Shown: in pieces, positions 50,246-62,959 of the stretch | Numbering within the stretch: the stretch's first letter is position 1 | How the letters are laid out: each line of letters opens with the position of its first letter | Source: Laetmonice hystrix | Lineage: Eukaryota | DNA: 64,000 nt | Direction: 5' to 3' | Assembly: GCA_965235115.1 (NCBI GenBank) | Contig: OZ249440.1 | Span: forward strand, 32,986,001 to 33,050,000 | Notes under the pieces: model-generated | The model's database searches: none | What the model was told of the DNA's origin: nothing | The model's input: the letters and a program-made list of their open reading frames with translations, nothing else | Translations under genes and position numbers: made by a program

Positions 50246-50785
50246 CCCCCGTGGGGACCGGGGTAAGAATATTCCCCAGCCCCCCCTGGCTGTTCGTAAG
50301 AGGCGAATAAATGGGGCGACTTGTTTGCCGTGAGTCGCGACTCGTGTCGGTGGAGGAAGTCGCGACTCGTGTCGGTGGAGGAAGAGGTCCTGGTACCTGA
50401 GGACGGTGAATTGCTGCGGCTTTTTACAGGTCCAACACGGTGCTTTGGCTCCTACTCCACCTAGATGGGAGGTTGGAGAGGCCCGATCCAATCAATCGGC
50501 TGGTCACGCCTTGCCCTAGGATTTTTTGTATTGAGTATGCTTTACAGTGAATTTAATTCTCTTATATAATAGGAAACATCTATCGTAACTATTTCTTCTT
50601 TATTCCTAGAAGGCGGTGGCTTAGGGTCAATCAAGTAATGGCAACACCCTCTTTCGTTCCATTGCTTGAGTATACCAACCCTATATCCTTGGTTTGCAAC
50701 TGCCGGATACCGCAGCTCTGCACTTCCCCTTGTTGAGCTCCGTGGAGGGTGGGGAATAGGGTTGGTGAAACACTCTAACACAAAC

Positions 50786-51700
50786 ATGGCATCAAACAAT
50801 CCCCCCAAAAGAAAACTACTGAAACTAACAGACTCTGACTCGGACCGGTCTATGGAGAATGAACACTTGACGGAATGGCCTCGTTTTATCATTGTTGAAT
50901 CGGCAGAAGCTGAACGACCAATATCTAAGCTATCCCCTTTTGCCATACATAAAGGCATATTGGGGATAGCTGGAACAGTCAAATATTGTAAACGTTTGAG
51001 GTCTGGCCAACTGTTGGTGGAGTGTGCCACGAAGGCCCAATCTGCAAACCTGCTGAGTGCCACAGTACTTGCAGGTTACAGTATTAAGGCCTCTCGTCAC
51101 CGGACGCTCAACTCCAGCAAGGGTGTTATTAGAACAAAGTCTCTTGACACTACAACTGAACAAGAGATCCTTGCTGGGTTGAGCAGGCAAGGTGTGTCGG
51201 AAGTCAGAAGATTGACAATGAAACGAGATGGTAACACCATCAAGACACACACATATTTTCTGACATTCGACAGGCCCCCTCTACCAGATGAACTCGAGAT
51301 TGGCTTTCTGAAGGTAAAAGTCGATCCCTATATCCCAAATCCTCTGCGTTGCTTTAAGTGCCAGAGGTTTGGGCATGGGACCGACTCATGTAGAAATGAA
51401 AAAAAATGTTCTCAGTGCGCTGAAACAGGACATGACCATACAAGCTGTAAAAAGCCTGCCAAATGTGCCAACTGTGGGCAAGGTCATTCTACTGTTTCAC
51501 GCGAATGTTCCGTGTGGAAAAAGGAGAAAGAAATCTTAAAGGTTAAAACAGAGAGAAAACTTAGTTTCCCTGAGGCACGCAAATTGGTGGAGCAATATTT
51601 GCTTCCACCAACAGTTAAAACCTATGCTGCCGCTGTTAAGCCTACCACACGGACTTTCACTTGTCAAACGGAGATGGTGTGGGTCAAGGGGTCCCTGTGA
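50786..51700 (+). CDS. LINE ORF1 gag-like nucleic-acid-binding protein (C-terminus frameshifted)
   Basis: KLSPFAIHKGI, LRSGQLLVEC, HRTLNSSKGVI, PYIPNPLRCFKCQRFGH, CSQCAETGH, CANCGQGH. Confidence 0.85.
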   Translation: MASNNPPKRKLLKLTDSDSDRSMENEHLTEWPRFIIVESAEAERPISKLSPFAIHKGILGIAGTVKYCKRLRSGQLLVECATKAQSANLLSATVLAGYSIKASRHRTLNSSKGVIRTKSLDTTTEQEILAGLSRQGVSEVRRLTMKRDGNTIKTHTYFLTFDRPPLPDELEIGFLKVKVDPYIPNPLRCFKCQRFGHGTDSCRNEKKCSQCAETGHDHTSCKKPAKCANCGQGHSTVSRECSVWKKEKEILKVKTERKLSFPEARKLVEQYLLPPTVKTYAAAVKPTTRTFTCQTEMVWVKGSL

Positions 51701-52071
51701 CCTACCCTGATCCCGCTGACAGCACAAATGAACCACCTAAGAAAGCCGTCTCAAGTCAGCCACCTAAAAAAACGCCTCAACACAGAGCCAGACAACCTCG
51801 GTTCCTCCTCCACAGGCCAGGCCGAGTACCAAGGAACCATTTCCGAAAAAAGATCAACCAAGTACTAAAGAGCCATCTACCAAAAAAGATCAGCCAAAAA
51901 AGAAAATAATGACAGATCGGCTGCCCAAGGCAGCCTCCAACAATAGTGCAATAGCACTTACAAACAAATTTCAGCATCTTCAATTGAAATGGCTGATGCT
52001 ACGACTTGTCGTAGTCGCAGCCTTTCCCCCAAAATAAAATCTAGGGGGCGTTTGCCTGTTAAACCACCTTG

Positions 52072-54356
52072 ATGGCAGGCCAATGCTTCCTTCAATGGAA
52101 TTGTCGAGGTTTTAGAGCCAATTTTAATGAGCTCAGACTTTTAGCAGAAAACCTCAATCCTCTTGCCTTTTGCCTACAAGAAACATTTCTCACTGCCCGA
52201 GACAGGGTCTCATTTAAGGGCTATCAGACTTTCTTTGGGTTTGCACCAGATGGTGACCGTGCTGCTGGCGGCACTGCCATTCTGGTTCGACAAGACCTCA
52301 TCCATAGCCCTATTACAATAAACACACCATTGCAAGCAATAGCCATACGCCTAACTCTACATAAAGCCATCACTATCTGCTGCATATACATTCCCCCAAA
52401 CAGTAACTTGGCCCACCAGGATCTTGATGATTTAGTGTCAACTACCAACTCCATATCTCCTTTTGGGAGATTTTAATGGCCACAATCCCTTATTGGGTGG
52501 CACCACAACTGATGGCAAGGGCAAGAGGATGGAGTTCATTGAATGATAATCATGCTCTATGCATTTTTAATGATGGTTAAAACACATACCTATATCCTGG
52601 TCATGGCACCTATACAGCCATTGACCTTGCAATAGCCAAACCAGATCTGCTGCTGGATTTCTCCTGGAGGGTCTTGGACGACCTTTGCGGGAGTGACCAC
52701 TTTCCCACCATCCTTACATATGAAGGACCCAGCATAGGGGAAAACAACAAAGGTGGCAACTTAAGAAAGCCGACTGGCACTCCTTTCCAGGCCCTCTGTC
52801 GGGAGGAATTCAGAGCAGACAACATTAACGATCCTGAAGCAATGGATGATTTTACCTCGCTTTTAATCTCCATTGCAGACAGGACAGTTCCTAAAACCTC
52901 GACAATTCCTAAACATGTCTCAAATCCATGGTTTAATGATGACTGCAAACAGGCAATTAAAGACCGGAAGAAAGCAGAACGCCTTTTTAACAGGCACCCA
53001 ACTGCAGTGAACCTTACCAACTTTAAAATCATGAGAGCAAGGGCACGCCGTATCTGTAAAGAGAGACAGAGGCAGAGCTGGAGAGAATAGAGAGTTTTAG
53101 CAGACATCACGCATCCGCGGAACGCTAAGGTAAACGTATCGTTGTTGCGTGCGCAGTCAACGTACGTCGGGCTGACCAAAATGAGTTTCAGCTGATGCTA
53201 CTCACGGTATTGGGGCAGTTAGATCTACTGTTATGTAGACCCATATTTTAAGCAGAAATTAGGTTTGAATTACTTTAGACAAATACAGTGTGAGGTTATG
53301 CAACTTCTCGAACGATCATTTCCATGTTTCACATTGAAAGGGAATACCTTGGAGATTACATCTTTGATGTTTAATATATTATACTTAAATTAAATTAAAC
53401 ACAAACACGATAGGTAGATCATGTACGTATAAACGGGCTCCGTTACGTTGTTGACGCACGCATATCGCTTATTACCTATGAAGGATCGTGCAGAGTGATG
53501 ACGTCATACACACAAAACTTGGGTTAGCGTTAGCGTTGCGGAGATACGTTTGGTTGCTAAAACTCTCTACTATGTCTCCAGCCTGACCTCTCGTACTCCT
53601 ATCAAAAAAGTCTGGAGCATGATACGGAAACTTAAAGGCAAGAGGGGTAGTTCTGGAGTCCAACACTTAAAACACTAAGACACCCTACGAACCACCACAG
53701 ATGAAATAGCAAATAAACTGGCCAAAACCTTTGAAACAAACTCCTCCTCCAGGAACTGCCTCCCTCAATTCCAAGCCATTCGTGCTGGAAAAGAGAAACA
53801 AAAACTAAATTTCCACTCTGACAGCAGAGAAGAGTACAACCAACTCTTCTCTATTGAAGAGCTCAAATGCTCTCTTAAAAAATCACACGACACTGCAGTT
53901 GGACCTGACAAAATACATTACCAATTCTTAAAACATCTACCTGACACCACCCTTCTCATTCTTCTTCACACTTCAACAATATCTGGATATCTGGTAATGT
54001 ACCCCTTTCCTGGCAAGAAGCAATAATCATCCCCATCCCAAAACCAGGAAAAGACCATAGTGAAGCTAACAATTACAGACCAATAGCCTTAACAAGTTGC
54101 TTGTGCAAAACCATGGAGAGAATGATCAATGATCGCCTCGTCTGGAAGCTCGAAATTGAAAAACTCATCACTAATTTTCAGTGTGGCTTCCGGCGAGGGA
54201 GAAGTACTCTGGATCATCTGATCAGACTTGAGACATACATCCGAGATGGTTTTATCAACCGTAAACATGTTGTTGCCGTCTTTTTTCACCTTGAAAAGGC
54301 ATACAACACAACATAGAAGTACGGCATTCTAAAAGATTTACATGACATGGGTTTTA
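52072..54356 (+). pseudogene. LINE ORF2 (AP endonuclease and partial reverse transcriptase), disrupted
   Basis: LQWNCRG, LQETFL, GDFNGH, GSDHFP, PWFNDDC, GPDKIHY, PIPKPGKD, NYRPIALTSC, QCGFRRGRST, FFHLEKAY. Confidence 0.88.
53089..53568. mobile_element. MITE inserted in LINE ORF2
   Basis: TIR AGAGAGTTTTAGCA / TGCTAAAACTCTCT; splits the codons WRE|YVSSL. Confidence 0.8.
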
Positions 54357-54719
54357 AACCAATTAGAATACAGCCAATGTTGACAATTTCCTATATTTCC
54401 CCTAAACGCTGTAAACATCAAGTAGAAGGCTATCCTAGGTCGTACCTGCCTTTTAGCTGAGAAAGAAACGCTAATCTGGACATAATTAACATAAATTTGT
54501 CAGCCGTGCACCGTTAATCCTTTCTTGCGCATTAAGACGCTATTTGAACTGGGACTAGGAACGGACAGGGGAATTCTCCGATTCGGGGATCGATGCTCTC
54601 TCAGCGAGGAGGCAGAAATGTGATGTTTTCCTTACCGGAAGTAGGTGTGTTTTGTAGCCTAGGCCTATCTGACACTGACAGTTCCAGAGCTGTCTTGAAA
54701 TTCAAGGTTTACTACCATT

Positions 54720-55494
54720 TGGCCGTATGCAAGGACGTTAGTCCCAACAACGGGTTAATCCAGGCAAAGTTAGTCCCGATAATGGGTTAATCCAGTGTTT
54801 GGGTTAAACCATTCTCCAGACTAACTTTTGTCACTGGATTACAGCAGTCAATTTCGTTCCGTATTACTCCATTGTAATCTGTATTTTCCATACAACCTAA
54901 TGCAATGGTGGTTTTGACCTTTAAAATAGAAGGAAACTTGCTTTACCTGACATATTTAAATCAGTAACAAAAAAATAGTACAAATGCAACCAACTTGCAA
55001 TAAAAATGGTGCCGCATTTGGCTGTTTAGGATAAACTCGCCAGCCACAATCAAGCGGCATCTTGCGGTAATGTACGGAGATATACATTCTGACGTGATCT
55101 TTACTGTGACGTCACAATTAATAGGTTAGGCTGCCTGTGACGTTGGACTGCTATGTCACAGACAAGGCTCCATTCACGTCATTGTGGCCTCTTGTTTAGT
55201 CAGCAAAGAGATGGCAAAATGGGTCAGGCCGTAGCAACAGTGTCTCAGCAAGTTAGAAACAGAACTTGAAACGTGTAGATGACTCGTAGGCTTCGTGATA
55301 GGCAAATATTCAGAGGCAATCGACACTCACGGCCTCCATGTTTAGGAGGATTAACCCTGCTAGCTAGCAGAGTTAACTTTAATCCAGTAAATGGGTTAAA
55401 CCAGTGAATTTTTGACGTTCTAGCATACGGGATTAACTAGTTAGTCCACCGATTGGGTTAATCGCTAGACTAAATACGTCCTTGCATACGACCA
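54720..55494. mobile_element. MITE with ATT TSD (PIF/Harbinger-like)
   Basis: TIR TGGCCGTATGCAAGGACGT / ACGTCCTTGCATACGACCA; internal GGGTTAA repeats. Confidence 0.72.
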
Positions 55495-55636
55495 ATTGTG
55501 TAGTACTTTTTATCTTAACCAGTGGCTGAAATATCACGGTTTTTTTTCAGGCTAGGACGCACTGGACAGAATCGGGGCTGATCATGTCCCGATAGCCTGA
55601 ATAATTCGGGACGTGATCGGGCGCCAGTGCCCAGTG

Positions 55637-56220
55637 GCCTGTGCCGACTCCGTGCCGATTTAAGGCATCTTTTGGCCCTAAAAGTAGCTTTCAACTCTTA
55701 CCAACAATACTTCACATTGTAAGGATGTCATACACTGTAGAACTGATAAGTAATAGTAAATGTAGTGTCATTCCATGGCAAGATTGATGTTTGTTTACAA
55801 CCTTCACGGTCACCCATCGTGGATCGGCACAAGCCTAGCGATGGGCGTATGCATAAACATTCCGCTAGGTGGCGCTTGTGACCCGCTCAATCGCTCTGTC
55901 AATTCAAATTTTCAAAGCCTCTTTCAAAGTACTTTTTGACATTTAACAGTCATTTTCCACATCGGTATAATACTATATAGGTTAGAACTCATAACTACGG
56001 GACAAATAATATTATTTTAGGATCATGTTTGATTACATTTGGGAATCGACGGCGTTTGGTCACGGCGGAAGTTCGATTCACCATTGTCTCAATTGTGATG
56101 TCGGTTTTCCGCCCTTGACAACGGCCAAGCCTACTCTGGGCGAAGTTCCCCCCGAACGGCTGCCCAGAGTAGGCTTGGCGTAAGCCAGGCTTAGAAAGTG
56201 TTTTAAAAACAGAAACGTAG
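55637..56220 (-). repeat. Inverted partial copy of the element at 62167-62959
   Basis: Reverse-complement similarity, e.g. GTGCCGACTCCGTGCCGATTTAA vs TTAAATCGGCACGGAGTCGGCAC, and GGCGGAAGTTCGATTCACCATTGTCTC. Confidence 0.85.
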
Positions 56221-56845
56221 TCTACATTCTCCGACCGCAGCGCCATCGCCCTATCAAAAACCTCACCGCGGGCAGCCCATCGGTGGGCGTGCGTTTTACT
56301 GCGTAGCCTACCGTCAGCCACATGCGCGCCAGTTGACTAGCGTAGCACATGGACGTGGTAGACTAGGCCTACGTACACCACCTCTCGCCCCCTCAACTAA
56401 ATAGAATTTGACTTCAATAAAATCAGTACGACCCTGACTAGGCCTAATTCTGAAATCGGCTTTGGATTAGAAAAGTCTGCGTGGAGACATTTCGTAGCCA
56501 AACGACACCTTCCGGAAGCGAACGTTCTGTTCTCCCTGCACTAGAGAGTTTCACTAATCGACCCAACACTGGCGATCCCCGAACCGGAGAATTCCATGGT
56601 GTCACGTGACGCGCACCTGCTTGTTGACACATTCAGACAAGATGGCATCGGTAAGGACTTTGAATGCCTATCTACCGGCTGAGGCCCCGTACAAGCCCCG
56701 GCCGATTTCGCGGCTGGCCCAACTGACCAAACGTCTAATTAAAATCGCACCTGTCGAGTAGAATCTCAGCAAGTCCGGCATTGTCACTGTCAGAACTACC
56801 AACACCTCCCGCAAATAATGCGTCCATCGCTCTCCTACACATCTA

Positions 56846-57007
56846 TGCTCAAATGCATCGGCAGGCGCACCAAGTGACCGGGAACTGATAAAAGTTAGAT
56901 CGCTCAGGACTAGTACCCGAAACGGGTTGCTTCACTCTGTGCCGTCAGTGTCTGCTAACACGTAGCGCGACCTACTTATGCTGTCCGTTCCATATTCATG
57001 CTAACGT
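56846..57007. repeat. Dispersed ~165-bp repeat, copy 2, followed by a CAGGGGCGTAG-type element start at 57008
   Basis: Matches 4705-4868. Confidence 0.85.
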
Positions 57008-58799
57008 CAGGGGCGTAGGAAGCTGGGGGCAGAGGGGGCTGCTGCCCCCCCCCCCAATATTTATATTGGGGGGGGGGGGCAGAAGTATCATTCTGCCCCC
57101 CAAAAATTTGTACCTCCTGCTTCTCATAAAAACTCCCTAAGTTGGACTTTGGACAAGCCCACACTGAGACTAAGTATAGGGTGTTTAGGCCATTTTTTTC
57201 AAATGCATTTTTTCTAAACAAGTGATACATCAGCTGAAAGGGCTCATTGAGTGCATTTCAAATCTGTTTAAATTTCTTCGATACCATGTCTCTGGGCAGT
57301 TCCACGGTGTCGGACGTACACTTCAGAAGCTTTTGGCTGGATATCAGAAAAGACTTTAGGCACTTTACACATTTGGTTTATCCCAAAGCATGAAGGCTGG
57401 TAGGACCTCTAATTTAGATGTGTTACCAAACTCCTCCGATGTAGACTAGGTACTTGTATGATATCAAAATTGATGGTGTCGGACGTACTCAGAAAAATGA
57501 ATTTTCTTGACTTCATGTTTTCATTTTGCAAATTTTCTTAATTTAGAAAGTTAAGGCAGACCTTGTGTTTGTCGATAGGTTTTCCTGCGGGTACGTTTGG
57601 GGGGATATTCCTAAAATAAAATCAGTTATTCCCCCAGAAGTTCAAAAACCTACCCCAAGCTACCCCTAAAGTAGCCTTCTACCATTCTCCTCCAATATCG
57701 ACAAGATATTTATATGATATGAAAATTGATGGTGTCGGACATACTTAGAAAAATGAATTTCTTTTACTTGAGGTTTTGATTTCACAAATTTTCTGAATTT
57801 AGAAAATTTAGACAAAACTTGTGTCGTTTAATTAAACATTAGGAATTCGATGTGCAGTGCAAGAATATCTTTTCAAGAAAAAAATGGGGGGGGGGGGCAA
57901 GTTAGAGACTTTTTTGTGGTATCAGATGTACATTTGTGGAATCAGTTATTGGTAGGTTTTCTTGGAGGCCCCTTTTTTGGGGCCCCCCGGAAAGACAAAA
58001 TCCTCCATGAAACCCAGGTAGAATAGTTAAGCAGAGATCATTTTTAATATCTTTTCAGATGAATGGAAAAATTCGTTGGCACTGTTAAGTACTGCCAGTC
58101 TAACCTGGCGACAAAATGTGCAGACCTGTATTCAAATGTTTCTGTAAAGATTAGTAGAATAAGTACCAATGGCAAGCTATTAAGACTTAACTACCAGTAG
58201 GCCTACATGGCCAAAAGTACTGGGCCCGGTTTTTTTGTTTACTTTTTGTGAGCTGAGCAGCACTTTTCGTGAGCTGAGCAGCATTTTCGTGAGCTGACTC
58301 AGGCTGAGCACAGCGCGCCGGTTTTTTTGTTTTTGTGAGCAGCACTTTTCGTGAGATTTGCTCACGAAATTTCCGTGAGACGTGAGCAAGCTAAGGAGGA
58401 TGCTCACGGTGTCGTGAGCAAGGGTGAGCAAGGGAGAATTTCACTCAAATTTACATAAATTTGCCCAGGTCAACTCAATTGATGGAATTTACACATTTCG
58501 TTGTGAAGTACTGGTTTTCCACAAATCAATGCAATTCCATTTTCAGGAACATGATAAAATCACTTGGACCTATGGAGCCGCTATGTGTTTTTTAACTTCA
58601 ATATATAACAAGAAATCTCTTAACAGTAATAACACTGTCAAATGTTCAAAATGTCGCATTTTAGGACTTCAATTCAAACAATTGTCCTTCTTGCCACCTC
58701 TGGTGGATGAATTATCACGGGAATAATTAATACCACCCAGTCTCCAACTTCTACTTTCATATTGTGAAAAGTTTGAGCATATCCCTTTCCTCCTTCCAT

Positions 58800-60881
58800 T
58801 TACCGGCAAAACTCTGAACAGCACAAAATTTCATTGAAATTTTCAACATGCGACTTCACTTTAAAACTGAATTCAAACTGTCCCCGGGTTCCGGCTACCT
58901 CTGGTGGATCAATTTTCTTGATAATATTTGCTGGCATATACCAAACTTGGTCTGCAGGATTAGGCCATCGCCAGTGTTTGCCAGATTTGTGCAAGACGGA
59001 CACTTCAGCATGTCCCTCCTTCCCTGCTGTAGTCACCTCGCCAGGATACATGCTGTCATCGTATTGTACTAGGACCCAGTCTCCAACTTCTGCCTTTAAA
59101 CTCTTAGAAGTCTGAGTACTGCTCTCCTTTTCTTTTTCTACCTCAGATGACTTTATTTCAACTCTCTTAAAGATGGGGCAGTCTGATGTTTCTCCAACAC
59201 TGAGATGCCCTTTGCCATCAGGGATCACACAGTGAATGTCATGTGTGTTGGGGACAGCCTTTGTGTCTGCCCAGCGAGTTTCAAGAAAGTCTTTATTTTC
59301 TTCTACCTCAGAGCATCCAATGTACATGATAGTGATGTTTGGATTGCAGGCCTTGGCCTCACAATAGAAAGCTTCTGGGGTATTGACCTGAGTGCCTGCC
59401 CTTAGTCGTCGCCACACAGACCTCTTGACTGTGCCGCCAATTCCATCTACCACACCTTTACCATGCGAAGTGGCAAAGAAATTCCATCTCAACTGGAGAC
59501 CAAATTTTTGCTCCCAAAGGTGAAGGTTGGAGAAAAGGAATCGCTGTTTAAACTGTGAACTTGCACCATCTGAAAAGACATTTACCGTCTCCACCCCAGG
59601 ATATTTTCTCTTGATGTGCATGAAAATTGCAGCCATGAAGGAGTAGACACTTAGTTTTGTGTGTGAAAGATCATCAGAGACAATGACCACACTTTCTCCA
59701 GTGCTGTCTGTAATCCAAGCATAGGCTGTGAAGACTGTTGCCTGGCTATGATTCCAGTGACCGGCCTGTATTTCATTTTGTTCTTGAAGGGTTGCATTCT
59801 CGGAAAAATCGACCTGAAGTACTATCTTCTGTTCATTGACTTCTTTTGTCAAGCTTTCCTTGAATGCAGATTGTCGTCGTTTTATGTAAGTATGCACGAG
59901 GAACTCTGGGAGTTTTTGTTTCAGTAGGGAAAAAGCCTCAGAGACTGGCATAGTAAGCAGTACTTTTTCCACCTTTCCGGTCGTTTGCCACTGATAGTGA
60001 TAGAGAGTTACTTCACGGGCATTCTCGCCGGGATCAAATCGACTGATCTGATCCTTGCAGACTTGGCACTGCTGAAACATACACTGCCTGTTATCATCAT
60101 CACAAGCAATGGAAGTGGTGAATTCTCTGGTCTCAGTAGGTAGATCAGTGTGTGGTGCTAGGGCAAGCAGCAAATAGCGAAAGTTCTCATGGTGTGAACA
60201 AATGCAAACTGTATGGGGCAGGTCTTCAAACAACTTCACGTGTTTTGGTCTCAGTTCACAAAATTTACTGCGAGATATCTTAATCGCTTGATCTCCTTTC
60301 AGGAAAAGCTTGTGCGCCTCTGCCAATGACATCATCATATATCTGGTTTGCACGTATGCCTTGGTTTTGCAGTCATTGGCATCTTTGCCTCTTATGATAA
60401 CTCGGTCTTTCCTGCCAGGGGCCTGCCAGGTAACCTCACTGGACTCATAAAATTTTAACACCGCTGTCTGAGTACTTTGGCTGATGGCATTTGAAGAGGG
60501 TTTTCTTGGGCTTTGAAGGACTTTGATGCCAGCTTCCTGTGCTGCTTCTTTAATAAGATTCTGCCTTTTTCTTGGGGATTTTGGCAAACTTTGGAAGAGA
60601 CGCTTCCTAGCTTTTCCCTTAGCCTGTCTTGAAGACCATACTTGCTTATCTTTGGACATGTCTGCAGTGTCATGCTTCTTGGTTTGGCGGTACGCCTTGA
60701 CTCTCATGGCCTCTTTCAAGTGATACTGACGTAATTCAGACTCTGACATACCGGTTTTCATCTTCATCCTTTGTACCTGCTTCCTTTCACGATCTTTCTT
60801 CATCATGCTTTCATAGACTTCAGGATTGGCCTTTATACGGGCCCTCTTCCGTGCTTGCTTTTCTTTGTTACTCAGTGGCAT
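58800..60881 (-). CDS. Sola2-like DDD transposase, uninterrupted ORF (~693 aa from ATG at 60881)
   Basis: SKFCELRPKHV, CICSHHEN, VDFSEN, EIQAGHW, FSDGASSQFKQRF, WNFFATSHGKGVVDGIGGTVKR; C-terminal VGDWVLVQYD..YPGEV..WRWP. Confidence 0.85.
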   Translation of the reverse strand: MPLSNKEKQARKRARIKANPEVYESMMKKDRERKQVQRMKMKTGMSESELRQYHLKEAMRVKAYRQTKKHDTADMSKDKQVWSSRQAKGKARKRLFQSLPKSPRKRQNLIKEAAQEAGIKVLQSPRKPSSNAISQSTQTAVLKFYESSEVTWQAPGRKDRVIIRGKDANDCKTKAYVQTRYMMMSLAEAHKLFLKGDQAIKISRSKFCELRPKHVKLFEDLPHTVCICSHHENFRYLLLALAPHTDLPTETREFTTSIACDDDNRQCMFQQCQVCKDQISRFDPGENAREVTLYHYQWQTTGKVEKVLLTMPVSEAFSLLKQKLPEFLVHTYIKRRQSAFKESLTKEVNEQKIVLQVDFSENATLQEQNEIQAGHWNHSQATVFTAYAWITDSTGESVVIVSDDLSHTKLSVYSFMAAIFMHIKRKYPGVETVNVFSDGASSQFKQRFLFSNLHLWEQKFGLQLRWNFFATSHGKGVVDGIGGTVKRSVWRRLRAGTQVNTPEAFYCEAKACNPNITIMYIGCSEVEENKDFLETRWADTKAVPNTHDIHCVIPDGKGHLSVGETSDCPIFKRVEIKSSEVEKEKESSTQTSKSLKAEVGDWVLVQYDDSMYPGEVTTAGKEGHAEVSVLHKSGKHWRWPNPADQVWYMPANIIKKIDPPEVAGTRGQFEFSFKVKSHVENFNEILCCSEFCR

Positions 60882-61280
60882 CCTCACTCTTCTTAATTTA
60901 ATAGAATCTGCAGAGCCTACAGTTGCTGATGGAAATTCACGTTGAACTGTTCAGAATCTAACGTGTTACAGAGTCATTCACTTTGAACTGTTAACTTTCT
61001 GATAGATAGACAGCAGATCCAGGGCCCTAGGTGACTGTGATTGTACCCTGGATTTGCTATTATAACGTCACAACACCCCATTGTGACATATGCTACTGTG
61101 ACATCACATTTAAAGCCAACAGACTCAACAATTTCAGAACTGATCACTGAAGAGCATGACCCTAAGTGCACCTCTTAGAATATTTTCAGGGGGTTTGTGG
61201 AAAGTGCTGGATCATTCTGAAACTTTCCTGGAGAATGAGCAGCAAGCATCTAAGAAGCCTTCTATCATCTTAGACTCCTG

Positions 61281-62163
61281 GGGGGTGTTTCACTAACAAG
61301 CTTTAGTCCGACCCAGTCGGACCGTCCGTCCCTTGAAAAGTCGGACATGCGACGGACAGTGTCCCAAAAGTGTTTCACTAAGCTCATCCTACCGTGGTCC
61401 GACGGAGTCGGACTGTCCGACGCTGCCATGCCGACATAACAATAGACAAAGGGTGACGTCACAATACCACGTCGAACAAACGTGCATTCCCCAAGCCTTG
61501 ATCTACTTATATATTCTGGCGGTTTGTGACGTACAAAAGATGTTTTGAGACATTTTCTCACTCGGCAATAGCTCTCACTGATTTTTATTGTGTGATCTTC
61601 TGTTATTAGCTGGTATGATGCAGACTGTATATATTTAATAGATATAAAACCTGTCACTTTTCGGCTAAAGATACGTTGCTAACGCTGTCCTGACCCAAGG
61701 TCAATTTTATCCTTCCGGGTCATATATTGAGGTTTGAGAAGATTACGTCACAATCTAAGTGGGTCAATCTGGCACAGCCACATGCTTGCAGAATATCGGT
61801 TCACTTGTAAACAATCGATGTCTGTGAATGCTATAATTATCAGATACATCTAATAAGGGTAGGAATACAAATATGAAAACCTTCACTATAGGAGGAATGT
61901 ACTTTAAACATTAGTAAGGACGACGGAATTTCGCAAATTGGCAGCCAAAGTTGACATGTCGAGAATCAAACAGTAGTTGGTCCGCCATGTTTTTTGGTCC
62001 GACCGCCGTGTAGGACAACTCCCGAGTTGTCCTAGAAAGTCGGACAGTCCGACCGGGTCGGACAGTTTAGTGAAACACTTTTTTAAAACACAGACGGTCC
62101 GACTGGGTCGGACATGGTCCGTCGGCCGGTCGGACTGTCCGTCGCTGTTAGTGAAACACCCCC
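61281..62163. mobile_element. PIF/Harbinger-type MITE with CTG TSD, nested in Sola2
   Basis: TIR GGGGGTGTTTCACTAACA / TGTTAGTGAAACACCCCC; CTG on both flanks; internal GTCCGAC repeats. Confidence 0.85.
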
Positions 62164-62166
62164 CTG

Positions 62167-62959
62167 GGTCCGGTTTTTAAAATAAGCCAAGGCTTACTGG
62201 TAAGACTGGGCTTACGGTAAGACTAGGCTTACGTTTCTGTTTTTGAAACAAGTTCTAAGCCTAGCTTACGCCAAGCCTAGGCTTAGCCGTTGTCAAGGGC
62301 GGAAAACTGACGTCACAATCGAGACAATGGTGAATCGAACTTCCGCCATGACCAAAGGCCGTCGATTCCCGAATGTAAACAAACATGATCCTACATAATG
62401 TAGCCAAGGAATTACATTATTTATCCTGTAAGTTATGAGTTCTAACATATATAGCCTTATACCGATATGGAAAATGACTGTTAAATGTCAAAAAGTACTT
62501 TAAAAGAGGCTTTGAAAATTCGAATCGACAGAGCGATCGAGCGGGTCACAACCGCCACCTAGCGGATTTTTTATGCATACGCCCATCGCTAGATTTGTGC
62601 GGATCCACGATGTGTGACTGTAAAGGTTGTAAACAAACGTCAATCTCGCCATGAAATGACAATGTATTTACCGTTACTTATCAGTTCTACAGTGTATAAC
62701 ATCCTTACAATGTGGAGTATTCTTAGTAAGAGTTGAAAGCTACTTTTAGGGCAAAAAGATGCCTTAAAATTAAATCGGCACGGAGTCGGCACAGGCTTAG
62801 GGCTCGTAAGACAACTCCTTCCCTGGCTTAGAAGCCTGAGCCTGGCTTACGCTTACAAGCCTCATTTGCATGTTTTAAAAACACAACATGTAAGACTGGG
62901 CTTAATCTTACCCTAGTTTACGAGTAAGCCAGGCTCAATCTTATTTTAAAAACCGGACC
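62167..62959. mobile_element. MITE at a CWG site, abutting the previous element
   Basis: TIR GGTCCGGTTTTTAAAATAAG / CTTATTTTAAAAACCGGACC; flanked by CTG and CAG. Confidence 0.82.

Larger units (their letters stand above)
50246..54356 (+). mobile_element. I/Nimb-clade non-LTR retrotransposon with intact 5' end, truncated inside RT
   Basis: 5' UTR, gag-like ORF1 with three CCHC knuckles, ORF2 with APE and RT motifs. Confidence 0.85.
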
